Origin: Eledone cirrhosa
Lineage: Eukaryota
Assembly (NCBI GenBank): GCA_964016885.1
Contig: OZ024742.1
Location: forward strand, 6,696,001-6,760,000
Direction of reading: 5' to 3'
DNA length: 64,000 nucleotides
The notes under the pieces: model-generated
What the model was told of the DNA's origin: nothing
Seen by the model: only the letters and a program-made list of their open reading frames with translations
The model's database searches: none
Program-made: the position numbers and the translations under genes
Shown here: one piece after another, positions 36,039 to 49,700 of the stretch
Position numbering within the stretch: position 1 is the first letter of the stretch
How the letters are laid out: each line of letters opens with the position of its first letter

Positions 36039-39000
36039 CTACAGGCTGATATAGAGAGAAGGCCCATTCACTCGGGCCATTCTCGCTACTTTCACCCATC
36101 TTTCATAAAACTTGCTGGGGTAGAGCACCTCTCTCTTCATTCTGATCCTTCTTCTAAAGTGGTACTTGAAAAAAAAGACCAGTTGTTGGCCGGAGAGATA
36201 GGTGTCTGACCTCAACCCTTTCAACCTTGTCCACCATACAACTTCTTTCGCCATGGCTATCACACAGAGGAAACCGCCTCTCCTTCGTTTTTGAAAGAGG
36301 GAGGCGGTTTGATTGTGACAATGTTCTCGGTGGTCAACCGGATTGGTCCCACCCGCGACAGTAGTCGTTCTACATAGCCCCACAGGTCAGCAACGCCCGG
36401 GCAGTGTACGAATGCGTGTGCGACGGTTTCCTCGTCACGCACGCATCTTGGACAGATCTTCTTCGAGGTGTCCCTACCCGGGCGCCCGTGTCTGTAGAGC
36501 TTGTCCCGAACGGGTAGAGCTCCTCGGTAACATTGCCAAGCCAGGAACTTTTGGAAGTTGTCCATCGGTCCCGGGCCAAGCGTCCTACCGAACAGACTGG
36601 CCAGCTCGTCTTCCTCCATGCCCAGAGCCTGTCCGAGGGCGTCGTCGCACTTACTGCGCACCAACCCTCTATAGAATGTTGAGGTTGAGTCTCCATTGAT
36701 TGCCGGATCCGCTTGACAGAGGCCGTGAGCGCCTGGGCACATTCAATGTGCCAGTCGCCCATTTTTCTCGGTCTTTGCTTGACCCAGGATTGCAGCTCGG
36801 TGAGTGAGACGAGTCTCGGAAAGGCTCGCCTCACAAACAGGGCCCACACCGGCTGACCAGTGAGGAATACCTGGAGGTGCCGTAGCCTTAATGCGTGTCT
36901 ATGCATCGTCAGCCACGGCACCCCAGCCCTCCGTTCGAAGGGTGTTGACAGCAGATGGATCTTCTCACCAAAGGAGCCCGCTTCTTCCAAAGAAATCGGA
37001 AGAGCGCGCGCTCCATTTTGGCGAGTGTTTTCTCTGGGCAAGGCACGACGGTCAAGCGGTAGTAGATGACGGACGCTATATAAGCGTTTGCCACCTCCGC
37101 TTGACCTTTCAGGGATAGTTTGCACTCGGCCCACTTCTGGGCGAGTGCAAACACCTTGCCCGTTACATCGTCCCAGTTTTTCTCCACCTGGAGGTCCGGT
37201 CCGAACCAGACCCCGAGCAGCTTCACCGGTCCCTCCGTCCAGCGTCCGACGATGCCGTCGGAGGGCATCGTTTTGCCCCTCCACGTCCCGAGTTGCAAAC
37301 CGACGGACTTGTCCCGGTTCAGCTTGGCTCCTGTGAACCTTTCATATTCCTCCAGTAAGGTGCCGATCTGCCCGATTTCCGAGGCGCACGACACCATTAC
37401 TGTCACGTCATCGGCGTAGGCCGACACCGTTTTCCGCAATCCCGGTTCCAAGGGGATACCCTGCAACAGCTCCAGCTTCCTTAGTAGTGGCTCGAGAGGC
37501 AGCACATACAGGAGGGAGGAGAGAGGGCATCCCTGTCGAATGGATCGCGTGATTTGGAACGGCTCCGAGAGGTAGCCGTTCACCTTGACCCTCGAGCAGG
37601 TGTTGCTGCTGTGCATTGCAGCAATCCAGCCCCTGAAAACGGGTCCGAAGCCTGCCGCCGCGAGCACCGCATCCAGGTACCGATGGTCAACCCTATCGAA
37701 CGCTTTAGATTGATCCAAGTTGATCAGGGCCCCACCAAAGCCGGGTTCGTTCCCTACCCTCTCTACGATGTATCGCATGAGGTGGAGGTTGTCGTGTATG
37801 GACCTGGACGGGATTGCGCATGTCTGCGCTTCTCCCACCAGGTTCCCGACGACAAGCGCCAACCTCTTCGCTAACACCTTGGCCAAAATCTTTAACTCTG
37901 TGTTTAGCAGAGTTATGGGCCTGAAGTTATCTATGTCATCCCCCTTGTTCTCGTCCTTCCTCACCAGCGTGACTATGCCCTTGGTCACAGAACTGGGAAT
38001 TCTCCCGTTCTGTTGCCAGTTGCAGTAGACCGCCTCGAGGAGACCGGAGAACAAGCCCGGCATCGCTACATAAAGTTCGTATGGTAGACCATCGAGACCC
38101 GGAGATTTGCGTTTGCCGCATTGGCTCAGCGCTTTCCCTATTTCAGCGGCTGAAATCGGCCTCTCGCAGGACTTCGCCTCCCCGTCCGAGAGCCGCGCCA
38201 GACCGTCGAGGTATGGACCGAAATCCGTGGCCCCACCCGGCCCGCCGCCCCTCCCGAACAGTCGTGCAAAGCGCCGTTGAAAGGCCGCGCTCATCCGCTC
38301 AGGTTCAAGGATCACGCGTCCATCCTGGTCCTTCAAAGACCGAATCGTGGACTTGTTTCCACTTTTTGCCTCTGTCACTCGGGCCCAGCTAACAGCTTTG
38401 GCTCCCTCGTTACCCAGAGCACTTGTTTTACTCCTGACAACGCAGCCCTCGAGCTTCGCATCAAAGAACTGGTCTAGGGCCGTTCTTGACGCCAGCACGC
38501 CGGCCACGTTGCCACTCCTAATCGCCTCTTCTACTCTATTTGTTAATTCCCTTTCAGTTCTATTCCTATCTGATGCTAATTCCCGACTAAAACCTATCGA
38601 TTCTATTCTAATTTCTCTCTTGAGAGAGCCCCACCACCTGCTGTTGACAATTGCCCCCGTCAAACGCTGCTTAACTAGTGTGCTAATCCGCTTACTGTAA
38701 GCTTTGTTTGTCGGTAAAGACAAGTTTAGCTTCCAGTAACCGGGTCCCTGTCTATGAGTTCTATCAAGGTTGACCACTCCGGTCAACAACTTGTGATCCG
38801 AATAGTCAACCATGAACATTCGTGGACAGCTTAATATGTCCCTATCCTTATTTCTAACTAGGAACCTATCTAGGTACGACCTGGATGTTCCACTGCGATT
38901 ACTCCACGTCCACCGTGGCACAGTCGGAACATCCAGTCGATATCTATCGGCCAGATCAAATCGGCCGATTAATCGTTTGAGGCTGTTACACCCCCCTCTA

Positions 39001-39473
39001 TCGGGACATGCCCCTACATAGTCCCAACGTGCATCCAGGATACCATTCCAGTCCCCCACTACAAGCAAGGAGCGAGACGTTCCCAGGAAATTCTCCAGGC
39101 GTCGGAAGAAGTCTGGTCGCGGTGTCCCCGATGGGGCATACGCTGCCACCAGCCTGAAAGCTCCACCTTCACCACTGCCGACATCTAAAACCACCAGTCG
39201 ACCCTCCGGGTCCAGGTGTACCTTCTGTGTGGCAAGACCCAGGTATTTTTGCAGCAGAACGACAACCCCACCCCCACCCCTCGGCTGACAGAGAGATGCG
39301 TAGATCTCAAAGTCGTCGAAGATGGGGGCCAGTTGGCGCTCGCTGCTGATCCTGGACTCGCAAATAACCATTACATCCACTCTGTGCGACCTGAGGTCAT
39401 TTGAGAGTTTGCCCTGATTCCAGGACATCCCCAAGCCGCGTGCATTCACACATCCAACTCTTATATTGGCCAT
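36039..39473 (-). pseudogene. Tx1/L1-type ORF2 (APE + RT + zinc-binding C-terminus); open 39473-36909, then frameshifted
   Basis: CVNARGL, ICESR, GDWNG, SYLDRF, SDHKL, PGYWKLN, SPGLDGL, FRPITLLN, DQSKAFDRV, RQGCPLS, AYADD; C-terminus spread over frames 36370-, 36260- and 36039-. Confidence 0.9.
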
Positions 39474-40227
39474 GTGGTGCTGAAGAGGTAAAAAGGAAGA
39501 GGAAAGGAAATTACTTACCTCTTCGTCTCCTGGGGGCCAGGCTGCACAATTTCCATGGGGGTGTTGGAGGGTTGTTTGGTGGGGTGGTGGTTTGTAGTGG
39601 GGTGAGGACATCAGTGTGTGGTGGGATTAGGGTGTTTGGTGGGGTGTGGGTGTCTGGTGTGGGGTGGGGAAACATCTCAATAGGACGCTGTTATGTGGTT
39701 TGGTGCAGTTGGTCCCCACATGCATTGGATGGTTATTTTTCAAAGTTACATAGGTTTCCGTTGGGACCCTAATCATCATTGGGTGCGGTTTGTTCGCTGC
39801 GTAGGTGAAAGTGCTCCCTTCGGTTTCCACCGAAGGATTATTTTCTATCGCTTTCATCAACGTTTTATTGTTCTTGTTAATGTATGTATAGAGTTTTTGT
39901 TGTGTTGTGTTTGTTTTTGTTTGTTGTTCTTGCGGGTGTTTGCGTTTTATAGTACGTGTTATGTTTTGGGGAGGGGTGGTTTTTTTTATTTGTGATGTTT
40001 GTTCTGTTTGTGCTGGTGGCTATGTGTTTGTAGCATTTTTGTTAATGTGGTGCCTTTTTTTTTCCTTTTCACCTGTTGAAAGGGTTCTCCCTCATCGTCA
40101 CTGGGTGACGTTCATACGGAGTCCTCTTCCGTGTTGTTGGGGAGGGGTATATTTTGGGGTTTTGTTGTGGTTGCTTTTGTATTTGTTTTTGGTGGCGAGG
40201 GGTTGGGTGGAACAGTGTTTTGTGTTG

Positions 40228-41466
40228 TTATTTTTCCGTGTTGTTGTTGTGGTGGTGGTGGTGGTTGTGTTGTTGTGTTCGGGGTTGGCAGAAGAGCCTT
40301 TTTTTTTTACTCGTTAATTGAGGACAGGCAGCCCTCAGGTGACCCCTGCTTAAGCAGTGGAAACATGCCGGCCGCCTTCCCTCCACTGAAATGTTTATAT
40401 AAGTTAGCCCGTCCAGAGGCACGCGTTGTGGGATATTCGCTATTCGTTCTGGGCTCATTTGCACCAGAACTTCTACTGTGGTCCCACCAAATACACCTCC
40501 GGAGCACTTTCCTATTGAAATTATCTTGTCTTCGTCCAAGTTTATTATTCCACATAGTATCCACCAAATGTTTACATTTGGTGTGATACTCATTATTTTT
40601 ATTCTTTGTGTCCTTTTTCCCCTGTATGTGGGGTAAAAGGTGAAGTGGGGGGACACAATGGGTGCTATCGAGTACTTTTGAGCTGTTGACTGGTTGTTCA
40701 TCAGCACCGAAATGCTACCAAACAGTTTACCTTTTTGTATGAAGGTTAAGTCCTTCATTGCGTCTTTTAGAACCAGCTCAATCTCATTTTGTGATAATTG
40801 CGCTGGTTTTCTTGTTACGTTCGATATTGTCCTTAAAACCACAGTTTTCAGGACAGCCTCTCTACGTAATTCCTGTGGAGAATTAATGCTAAAAGCACCG
40901 TTTTCACCAAAAGTCACAAATTGATTTGCGTCTTGTAATAGTTGTTTAGCATTTGTTATGTCTATTGGCGTGTATAGTTCGTTTTTTTTTACGGTCTGTG
41001 CAAATGTTGTTTTGGTGTTGTTGTCTTTCGTGTTACTGTCACTGTTAGTAATATTGGTGTTGCTATTGTTGCAGTTGTTGGTTGTGGTGTTGTTGTCATT
41101 GTTCTTGTTGTTGGTGCTGCTATTATTTGCCGGATTTGCTTTCGCGGTTTCGATATTTTCCACGTTTTTCGATGATGCGAGGGGTGATGGCTGCAAGCTT
41201 TGCACTCCTACCTTCCCTCCACCACTTTTCTTAGTGGTCGTGGCACTCACGACAGTGTGCGAGGTGGAAATGGCATCCATTGCCACCAAGTTTACAGTTT
41301 TTAGATGAAAATTGAAAATTTCGCCCCAGAAAGGGGCGAAAATTAGTTGACTCAACGTCTGACGGCCCAGGCAAGGGGTTAAACTAAACAATGTTATTAA
41401 ATTGAGCAATAAACTCACAGTTTTTTTTGACAAAATTCCGTAAAAATCCGGAGCAAAGTAAATCAC
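40228..41466 (-). CDS. Tx1/L1-type ORF1 (gag-like, zinc knuckle); probably frameshifted at a homopolymer near 40300 and continuing to ~39627
   Basis: TFAQTVK, CFHCLSRGHLRAAC (CX2CX4HX4C), position directly upstream of ORF2. Confidence 0.75.
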   Translation of the reverse strand: MIYFAPDFYGILSKKTVSLLLNLITLFSLTPCLGRQTLSQLIFAPFWGEIFNFHLKTVNLVAMDAISTSHTVVSATTTKKSGGGKVGVQSLQPSPLASSKNVENIETAKANPANNSSTNNKNNDNNTTTNNCNNSNTNITNSDSNTKDNNTKTTFAQTVKKNELYTPIDITNAKQLLQDANQFVTFGENGAFSINSPQELRREAVLKTVVLRTISNVTRKPAQLSQNEIELVLKDAMKDLTFIQKGKLFGSISVLMNNQSTAQKYSIAPIVSPHFTFYPTYRGKRTQRIKIMSITPNVNIWWILCGIINLDEDKIISIGKCSGGVFGGTTVEVLVQMSPERIANIPQRVPLDGLTYINISVEGRRPACFHCLSRGHLRAACPQLTSKKKRLFCQPRTQQHNHHHHHNNNTEK

Positions 41467-42556
41467 GTCTATATCAAGTGTTAATTGATATAGAGAGGGG
41501 AATTGTGAGAGAGTGTTGTATGGTTGATATTGAGAGGAAGAGAGTTTGGTAGTGATGGATAGAGGGAGACGATTGATAGAGAGTGTCGTATAGTAGATAT
41601 AGAGAGGGGGAGAGATTGATCTTTATTGATATAGAGAGGGGGATTGGAAGCGAGAGTTTTGTGTAGAAGATATATATATATATCAATTACCACCAAACTC
41701 TCTCTATATATATATTCTACACAAAACTCTCGCTTCCAATCCCCCTCTCTATATCAATAAACATCAATCTCTCCCCTCACTATACCTACTATACAACACA
41801 CTGATTTCCAACAAATTAAATACCCCTTCCACTTATATATATATACTCATATATACATATATATGTGTCTATATAGGGGCAGTGGAACAAAACACACCTC
41901 TATTTGGATATTCGCTACAATTTATGTTTATCGCATATCGAAGTTTTCTGGCCATTTTAAGTGCAAATTGACGAAATTTGCACCCCCCCTCAGATTCAGA
42001 AATCCCTCCACCACCCTGCACATAGGGAGACTGCTACACACACATACATACACACACACACATATATATATACACATACACACGTAAATAAACATATATA
42101 GATACAACATACACATACAGAAAGACAGTGCTAAATATATATACACACGTAGACCCCCCCCCCCCCACACACATATATATACATATATACACATATGCAC
42201 ATATACACATGTAAATAAACAGAGAGACACACAATATAGACATACATAAAGATTGTGCTAAATATATATACACAAAGAGACACACCTACACATATATTCA
42301 CACACATATACACTCGTAACATATACCGAAAGACAGTGGTAAATAGATATACACACATAGGCATACACCTACACGCACATCCACACGTAACATAGACACA
42401 TATAAAGACAGTAATAAATATATACACACACATAGGCATACACCTACACACACATACATACACATATATACACACGTAACATAGACATACATAATGACAG
42501 TAGTAAATATATATACACACGTAGGCATACATCTACACACACACATATATACATAG

Positions 42557-42629
<73 letters not shown>

Positions 42630-42839
42630 TAACATAGACACATATAAAGACAGTATTCAATATATATAAACACATAGACATACGCCTACACACACATACA
42701 TACATATACACATAACATAGACACATATAAAGACGGTAGTATATATATAAATATATACACGCCCTTCCGCCCCCTGGTGTTGATATCCAACAGAGAAGAT
42801 TTTACAAAGCGTGAAATATGTGTAAACCAGAGAGATTAC

Positions 42840-43058
42840 CTCTGATAATGCTTTGTTATTCTTACTAATACTATTATTATTATTACTATTATTATTATTG
42901 TTGTTGTTGTTGTGGCTGTTGTTAATGTTGTGGTTGTTGTTGTTAGTGTTGTTGTTGTTGCTGTTGTTGTTGTGGCTGTTGTTATGATTGTTGTGGTTGT
43001 TGTTGTAAGTAGGGTCGGCTCCATTATTAAGCGATATTGCAGGTTTCTTGAAAACGTC
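42840..43058 (-). CDS. Candidate host-gene exon (219 nt, phase 0/0, Asn-rich)
   Basis: TTCCCAG| acceptor, GAG|GTAATC donor, 73 stop-free codons DVFKKPAISLNNGADPTY-(N-rich)-SISKNNKALSE. Confidence 0.4.
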
Positions 43059-43732
43059 CTGGGAAGTGTATATATACTTTGCCAGTGGGTTTATGACAGT
43101 AGGCGTACGTACGAACATGTGCACACACACACACAAACAAGGAAAAACGCACACGCATATATATGTGTGTTTATATGTACATAAACATACATGTATATAT
43201 TATATATATACGTATATATATATATAGTATATATACAAATATATATTATGAATAAATACAAGCACTCATATATATTATAAATAAATAAATATATATATAT
43301 GTATATAAATTAATATGTATGTGATGAAACACAGATACCAACACATCTGTATATATATATGTATATACATGCATTTCTCAGTATACACACCCAATTGTAT
43401 ATAAATAAACTCCTAAATATATATACGGAAATACAAGTCTCATATACACACAGGATGTATTTGTGTGGTGAGCTACAGATGTAATAGTGTGTACATGCTA
43501 GGGTGTGTGTATGTATATAACTGCATGACTGTGTGTGTGTGTGTGCGGGGGGGGGGCATGCTAGGGTGTGTGTATGTATATGTGTGTGCGTGTGTGGCTA
43601 TACAAATGTGGGTGAGACTGCATGTGTGTGTATGTGTGTATGTAGGTACATGTGTGTGTGTGACTACACAAACATGCGTGTGTTGGTCCATGTGAATGTG
43701 TGCATACATACGTGTGTGTTTGACTGGTGTGA

Positions 43733-46700
43733 GTGTATGTAAGCACTAGTGTGTATGTAAGCACTAGTGTGTATGTAAGCACAAGTGTGTATGTAAGCAC
43801 TAGTGTGTATGTAAGCAGTAGTGTGTGTGTAAGCAGTAGTGTGTATGTAAGCTATAATGTGTATGTAAGCTCTAGTGTGTATGTAAGCACTAGTGTGTGT
43901 GTAAGCACTAGTGTGTATGTAAACACTAGTGTGTATGTAAGCACTAGTGTGTATGTAAGCTCTAGTGTGTATGTAAGCACTAGTGTGTATGTAACCACTA
44001 GTGTGTATGTAAGCACTAGTGTGTATGTAAGCAGTAGTGTGTGTGTAAGCAGTAGTGTGTATGTAAGAAGTAGTGTGTATGTAAGCAGTAGTGTGTATGT
44101 AACCACTAGTGTGTATGTAAGCTATAGTGTGTATGTAAGCTCTAGTGTGTATGTAAGCACTAGTGTGTGTGTAAGCACTAGTGTGTATGTAACCACTAGT
44201 GTGTATGTAAGCTCTAGTGTGTATGTAAGCACTAGTGTGTATGTAACCACTAGTGTGTATGTAAGCAGTAGTGTGTATGTAAGCACTAGTGTGTGTGTAA
44301 GCAGTAGTGTGTATGTAAGCAGTAGTGTGTATGTAAGCACTAGTGTGTATGTAAGCACTAGTGTGTATGTAACCACTAGTGTGTATGTAAGCAGTAGTGT
44401 GTATGTAAGCACTAGTGTGTGTGTAAGCTCTAGTGTGTATGTAAGCAGTAGTGTGTGTGTAAGCAGTAGTGTGTATGTAAGCAGTAGTGTGTATGTAAGC
44501 ACTAGTGTGTATGTAAGCACTAGTGTGTGTGTAAGCACTAGTGTGTGTGTAAGCAGTAGTGTGTATGTAAGCAGTAGTGTGTATGTAAGCAGTAGTGTGT
44601 ATGTAAGCAGTAGTGTGTATGTAAGCAGTAGTGTGTGTGTAAGCAGTAGTGTGTATGTAAGCAGTAGTGTGTATGTAAGCAGTAGTGTGTATGTAAGCAG
44701 TAGTGTGTATGTAAGCAGTAGTGTGTATGTAAGCAGTAGTGTGTGTGTAAGCAGTAGTGTGTATGTAAGCAGTAGTGTGTATGTAAGCAGTAGTGTGTAT
44801 GTAAGCAGTAGTGTGTGTGTAAGCAGTAGTGTGTATGTAAGCAGTAGTGTGTATGTAAGCAGTAGTGTGTGTGTAAGCAGTAGTGTGTATGTAAGCAGTA
44901 GTGTGTATGTAAACACTAGTGTGTATGTAAGCAGTAGTGTGTATGTAAGCACTAGTGTGTATGTAAGCAGTAGTGTGTATGTAAGCTCTAGTGTGTATGT
45001 AAGCAGTAGTGTGTATGTAAGCACTAGTGTGTATGTAAGCACTAGTGTGTATGTAAGCACTAGTGTGTATGTAAGCACGAGTGTGTATGTAAGCACTAGT
45101 GTGTATTTAAGCACTAGTGTGTATGTAAGCACTAGTGTGTGTGTAAGCACTAGTGTGTATGTAAGCACTAGTGTGTGTGTAAGCACTAGTGTGTATGTAA
45201 GCACTAGTGTGTATGTAAGCACTACTGTGTGTGTAAGCAGTAGTGTGCATGTAAGCACTAGTGTGTATGTAAGCACTACTGTGTGTGTAAGCAGTAGTGT
45301 GTATGTAAGCACTAGTGTGTATGTAACCACTAGTGTGTATGTAAGCAGTAGTGTGTATGTAAGCACTAGTGTGTGTGTAAGCACTAGTGTGTATGTAAGC
45401 ACTAGTGTGTATGTAAGCACTAGTGTGTATGTAAGCACTAGTATGTGTGTAAGCAGTAGTGTGTATGTAAGCAGTAGTGTGTATCTAAGAAGTAGTGTAT
45501 ATGTAATCACTAGTGTGTGTGTAAGCACTAGTGTGTGTAAGCACTAGTGTGTGTGTAAGCAGTAGTGTGTATGTAAGCACTAGTGTGTATGTAAGCAGTA
45601 GTGTGTATGTAAGCACTAGTGTGTATGTAAGCACTAGTGTGTGTGTAACCACTAGTGTGTATATAAGCACTAGTGTGTATGTAAGCATTAGTATGTGTGT
45701 AAGCACTAGTGTGTATGTAAGCACTAGTGTGTATGTAAGCATTAGTATGTGTGTAAGCACTAGTGTGTATGTAAGCACTAGTGTTTATGTAAGCACTAGT
45801 GTGTATGTAAGATCTAGTGTGTATGTAAGCACATGTGTGTGTGTAAGCTATAGTGTGTATGTAAGCACTAGTGTGTATGTAAGCACTAGTGTGTGTGTAA
45901 GAAGTTGTGTGTATGTAAGCACTAGTGTGTATGTAAGCACTAGTGTGTATGTAAGCACTAGTGTGTATGTAAGCACGAGTGTGTATGTAAGCACTAGAGT
46001 GTATGTAAGCACTAGTGTGTGTGTAAGCAGTAGTGTGTATGTAAGCAGTAGTGTGTATGTAAGGACTAGTGTGTATGTAAGCAGTAGTGTGTATGTAAGC
46101 ACTATTGTGTATGTAAGCTCTAGTGTGTGTGTAATATCTAGTGTGTACGTAAGCACTAGTGTGTGTGTAAGCAGTAGTGTGTATGTAAGCACTAGTGTGT
46201 ATGTAAGCACGAGTGTGTATGTAAGCACGAGTGTGTGTGTAAGCAGTAGTGTGTATGTAAGAAGTAGTGTGTGCGTAAGCACTAATGTTTATGTAAGCAG
46301 TAGTGTGTATGTAAGCAGTAGTGTGTATGTAAGCTATAGTGTGTATGTAAGCACTAGTGTGTGTGTAAGAAGTAGTGTGTATGTAAGCAGTAGTGTGTAT
46401 GTAAGCACTAGTGTGTATGTAAGCAGTAGTGTGTATGTAAGCTATAGTGTGTATGTAAGCACTAGTGTGTATGTAAGCAGTAGTGTGTATGTAAGCTATA
46501 GTGTGTGTGTAAGCACTAGTGTGTATGTAAGCAGTAGTGTGTATGTAAGCACTAGTGTGTATGTAAGCAGTAGAGTGTATGTAAGCTATAGTGTGTATGT
46601 AAGCACTAGTGTGTGTGTAAGCAGTAGTGTGTATGTAAGCACTAGTTTGTATGTAAGCAGAAGTGTGTATGTAAGCACTAGTGTGTATGTAAGCACTAGT

Positions 46701-49700
46701 GAGTATGTAAGCAGTAGTGTGTATGTAAGCACTAGTGTGTATGTAAGCAGTAGTGTGTATGTAAGCTATAGTGTGTATGTAAGCACTAGTGTGTGTGTAA
46801 GCAGTAGTGTGTATGTAAGCACTAGTGTGTATGTAAGCACGAGTGTGTGTGTAAGCAATAGTGTGTATGTAAGCAGTAGCGTGTATGTAAGCACTAGTGT
46901 GTATGTAAGCACGAGTCTGTGTGTAAGCAGTAGTGTGTATGTAAGCAGTAGTGTGTATGTAAGCTGTAGTGTGTATGTAAGCAGTAGTGTGTATGTAAGC
47001 ACTAGTGTGTATGTAAGATCTAGTGTGTGTGTAAGCAGTAGTGTGTATGTAAGCACTAGTGTGTATGTAAGCACTAGTGTGTATGTAAGCAGTAGTGTGT
47101 TTGTAAACACTAGTGTGTATGTAAGCACTAGAGTGTATGTAAGCACTAGTGTGTGTGTAAGCAGTAGTGTGTATGCAAGCTCTAGTGTGTGTGTAAGCAG
47201 TAGTGTGTATGTAAATTCTAGTGCGTATGTAAGCACTAGTGTGTGTGTAAGCACTAGTGTGTATGTAAGTACTAGTGTGTATGTAAGCAGTAGTGTGTAT
47301 GTAAGCTCTAGTGTGTGTGTAAGCAGTAGTGTGTATGTAAATTCTAGTGGGTATGTAAGCACTAGTGTGTGTGTAAGCACTAGTGTGTATGTAAGCACTA
47401 GTGTGTATGTAAGCACTAGTGTGTGTGTAAGCACTAGTGTGTATGTAAGCAGTAGTGTGTATGTAAGCACTAGTGTGTATGTAAGCAGTAGTGTGTATGT
47501 AAGCTCTAGTGTGTGTGTAAGCAGTAGTGTGTATGTAAATTCTAGTGGGTATGTAAGCACTAGTGTGTGTGTAAGCACTAGTGTGTATGTAAGCACTAGT
47601 GTGTATGTAAGCACTAGTGTGTGTGTAAGCACTAGTGTGTATGTAAGCAGTAGTGTGTATGTAAGCACTAGTGTGTATGTAAGCAGTAGTGTGTATGTAA
47701 GCTCTAGTGTGTGTGTAAGCAGTAGTGTGTATGTAAATTCTAGTGGGTATGTAAGCACTAGTGTGTGTGTAAGCACTAGTGTGTATGTAAGCACTAGTGT
47801 GTATGTAAGCACTAGTGTGTATGTAAGCACTAGTGTGTATGTAAGCACTAGTGTGTGTGTAAGCACTAGTGTGTATGTAAGCAGTAGTGTGTATGTAAGC
47901 AGTAGTGTGTACGTAAGCAATAGTGTGTGTGTAAGCAGTAGTGTGTATGTAAGCACTAGTGTGTATGTAAGCAGTAGTGTGTATGTAAGCACTAGTGTGT
48001 GTGTAAGCAGTAGTGTGTATGTAAGAAGTAGTGTGTATGTAAGCAGTAGTGTGTATGTAACCACTAGTGTGTATGTAAGCTATAGTGTGTATGTAAGCTC
48101 TAGTGTGTATGTAAGCACTAGTGTGTGTGTAAGCACTAGTGTGTATGTAACCACTAGTGTGTATGTAAGCTCTAGTGTGTATGTAAGCACTAGTGTGTAT
48201 GTAACCACTAGTGTGTATGTAAGCAGTAGTGTGTATGTAAGCACTAGTGTGTGTGTAAGCAGTAGTGTGTATGTAAGCAGTAGTGTGTATGTAAGCACTA
48301 GTGTGTATGTAAGCACTAGTGTGTATGTAACCACTAGTGTGTATGTAAGCAGTAGTGTGTATGTAAGCACTAGTGTGTGTGTAAGCTCTAGTGTGTATGT
48401 AAGCAGTAGTGTGTGTGTAAGCAGTAGTGTGTATGTAAGCAGTAGTGTGTATGTAAGCACTAGTGTGTATGTAAGCACTAGTGTGTGTGTAAGCACTAGT
48501 GTGTGTGTAAGCAGTAGTGTGTATGTAAGCAGTAGTGTGTATGTAAGCAGTAGTGTGTATGTAAGCAGTAGTGTGTATGTAAGCAGTAGTGTGTGTGTAA
48601 GCAGTAGTGTGTATGTAAGCAGTAGTGTGTATGTAAGCAGTAGTGTGTATGTAAGCAGTAGTGTGTATGTAAGCAGTAGTGTGTATGTAAGCAGTAGTGT
48701 GTGTGTAAGCAGTAGTGTGTATGTAAGCAGTAGTGTGTATGTAAGCAGTAGTGTGTATGTAAGCAGTAGTGTGTGTGTAAGCAGTAGTGTGTATGTAAGC
48801 AGTAGTGTGTATGTAAGCAGTAGTGTGTGTGTAAGCAGTAGTGTGTATGTAAGCAGTAGTGTGTATGTAAACACTAGTGTGTATGTAAGCAGTAGTGTGT
48901 ATGTAAGCACTAGTGTGTATGTAAGCAGTAGTGTGTATGTAAGCTCTAGTGTGTATGTAAGCAGTAGTGTGTATGTAAGCACTAGTGTGTATGTAAGCAC
49001 TAGTGTGTATGTAAGCACTAGTGTGTATGTAAGCACGAGTGTGTATGTAAGCACTAGTGTGTATTTAAGCACTAGTGTGTATGTAAGCACTAGTGTGTGT
49101 GTAAGCACTAGTGTGTATGTAAGCACTAGTGTGTGTGTAAGCACTAGTGTGTATGTAAGCACTAGTGTGTATGTAAGCACTACTGTGTGTGTAAGCAGTA
49201 GTGTGTATGTAAGCACTAGTGTGTATGTAAGCACTACTGTGTGTGTAAGCAGTAGTGTGTATGTAAGCACTAGTGTGTATGTAACCACTAGTGTGTATGT
49301 AAGCAGTAGTGTGTATGTAAGCACTAGTGTGTGTGTAAGCACTAGTGTGTATGTAAGCACTAGTGTGTATGTAAGCACTAGTGTGTATGTAAGCACTAGT
49401 ATGTGTGTAAGCAGTAGTGTGTATGTAAGCAGTAGTGTGTATCTAAGAAGTAGTGTATATGTAATCACTAGTGTGTGTGTAAGCACTAGTGTGTGTAAGC
49501 ACTAGTGTGTGTGTAAGCAGTAGTGTGTATGTAAGCACTAGTGTGTATGTAAGCAGTAGTGTGTATGTAAGCACTAGTGTGTATGTAAGCACTAGTGTGT
49601 GTGTAACCACTAGTGTGTATATAAGCACTAGTGTGTATGTAAGCATTAGTATGTGTGTAAGCACTAGTGTGTATGTAAGCACTAGTGTGTATGTAAGCAT

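Larger units (their letters stand above)
35801..41469 (-). mobile_element. Near full-length Tx1/L1-clade LINE (ORF1 + ORF2), frameshifted
   Basis: ORF1 with CCHC knuckle, ORF2 with APE, RT and C-terminal CPRC..ETVAHAFVHC, 3' UTR with AATAAA near 35806-35811. Confidence 0.9.

Noticed and set aside
36370-39404. Plus-strand and alternative-frame ORFs over the LINEs
   Set aside because: Antisense or shadow frames of GC-rich RT coding sequence, apart from segments that continue ORF2 after frameshifts
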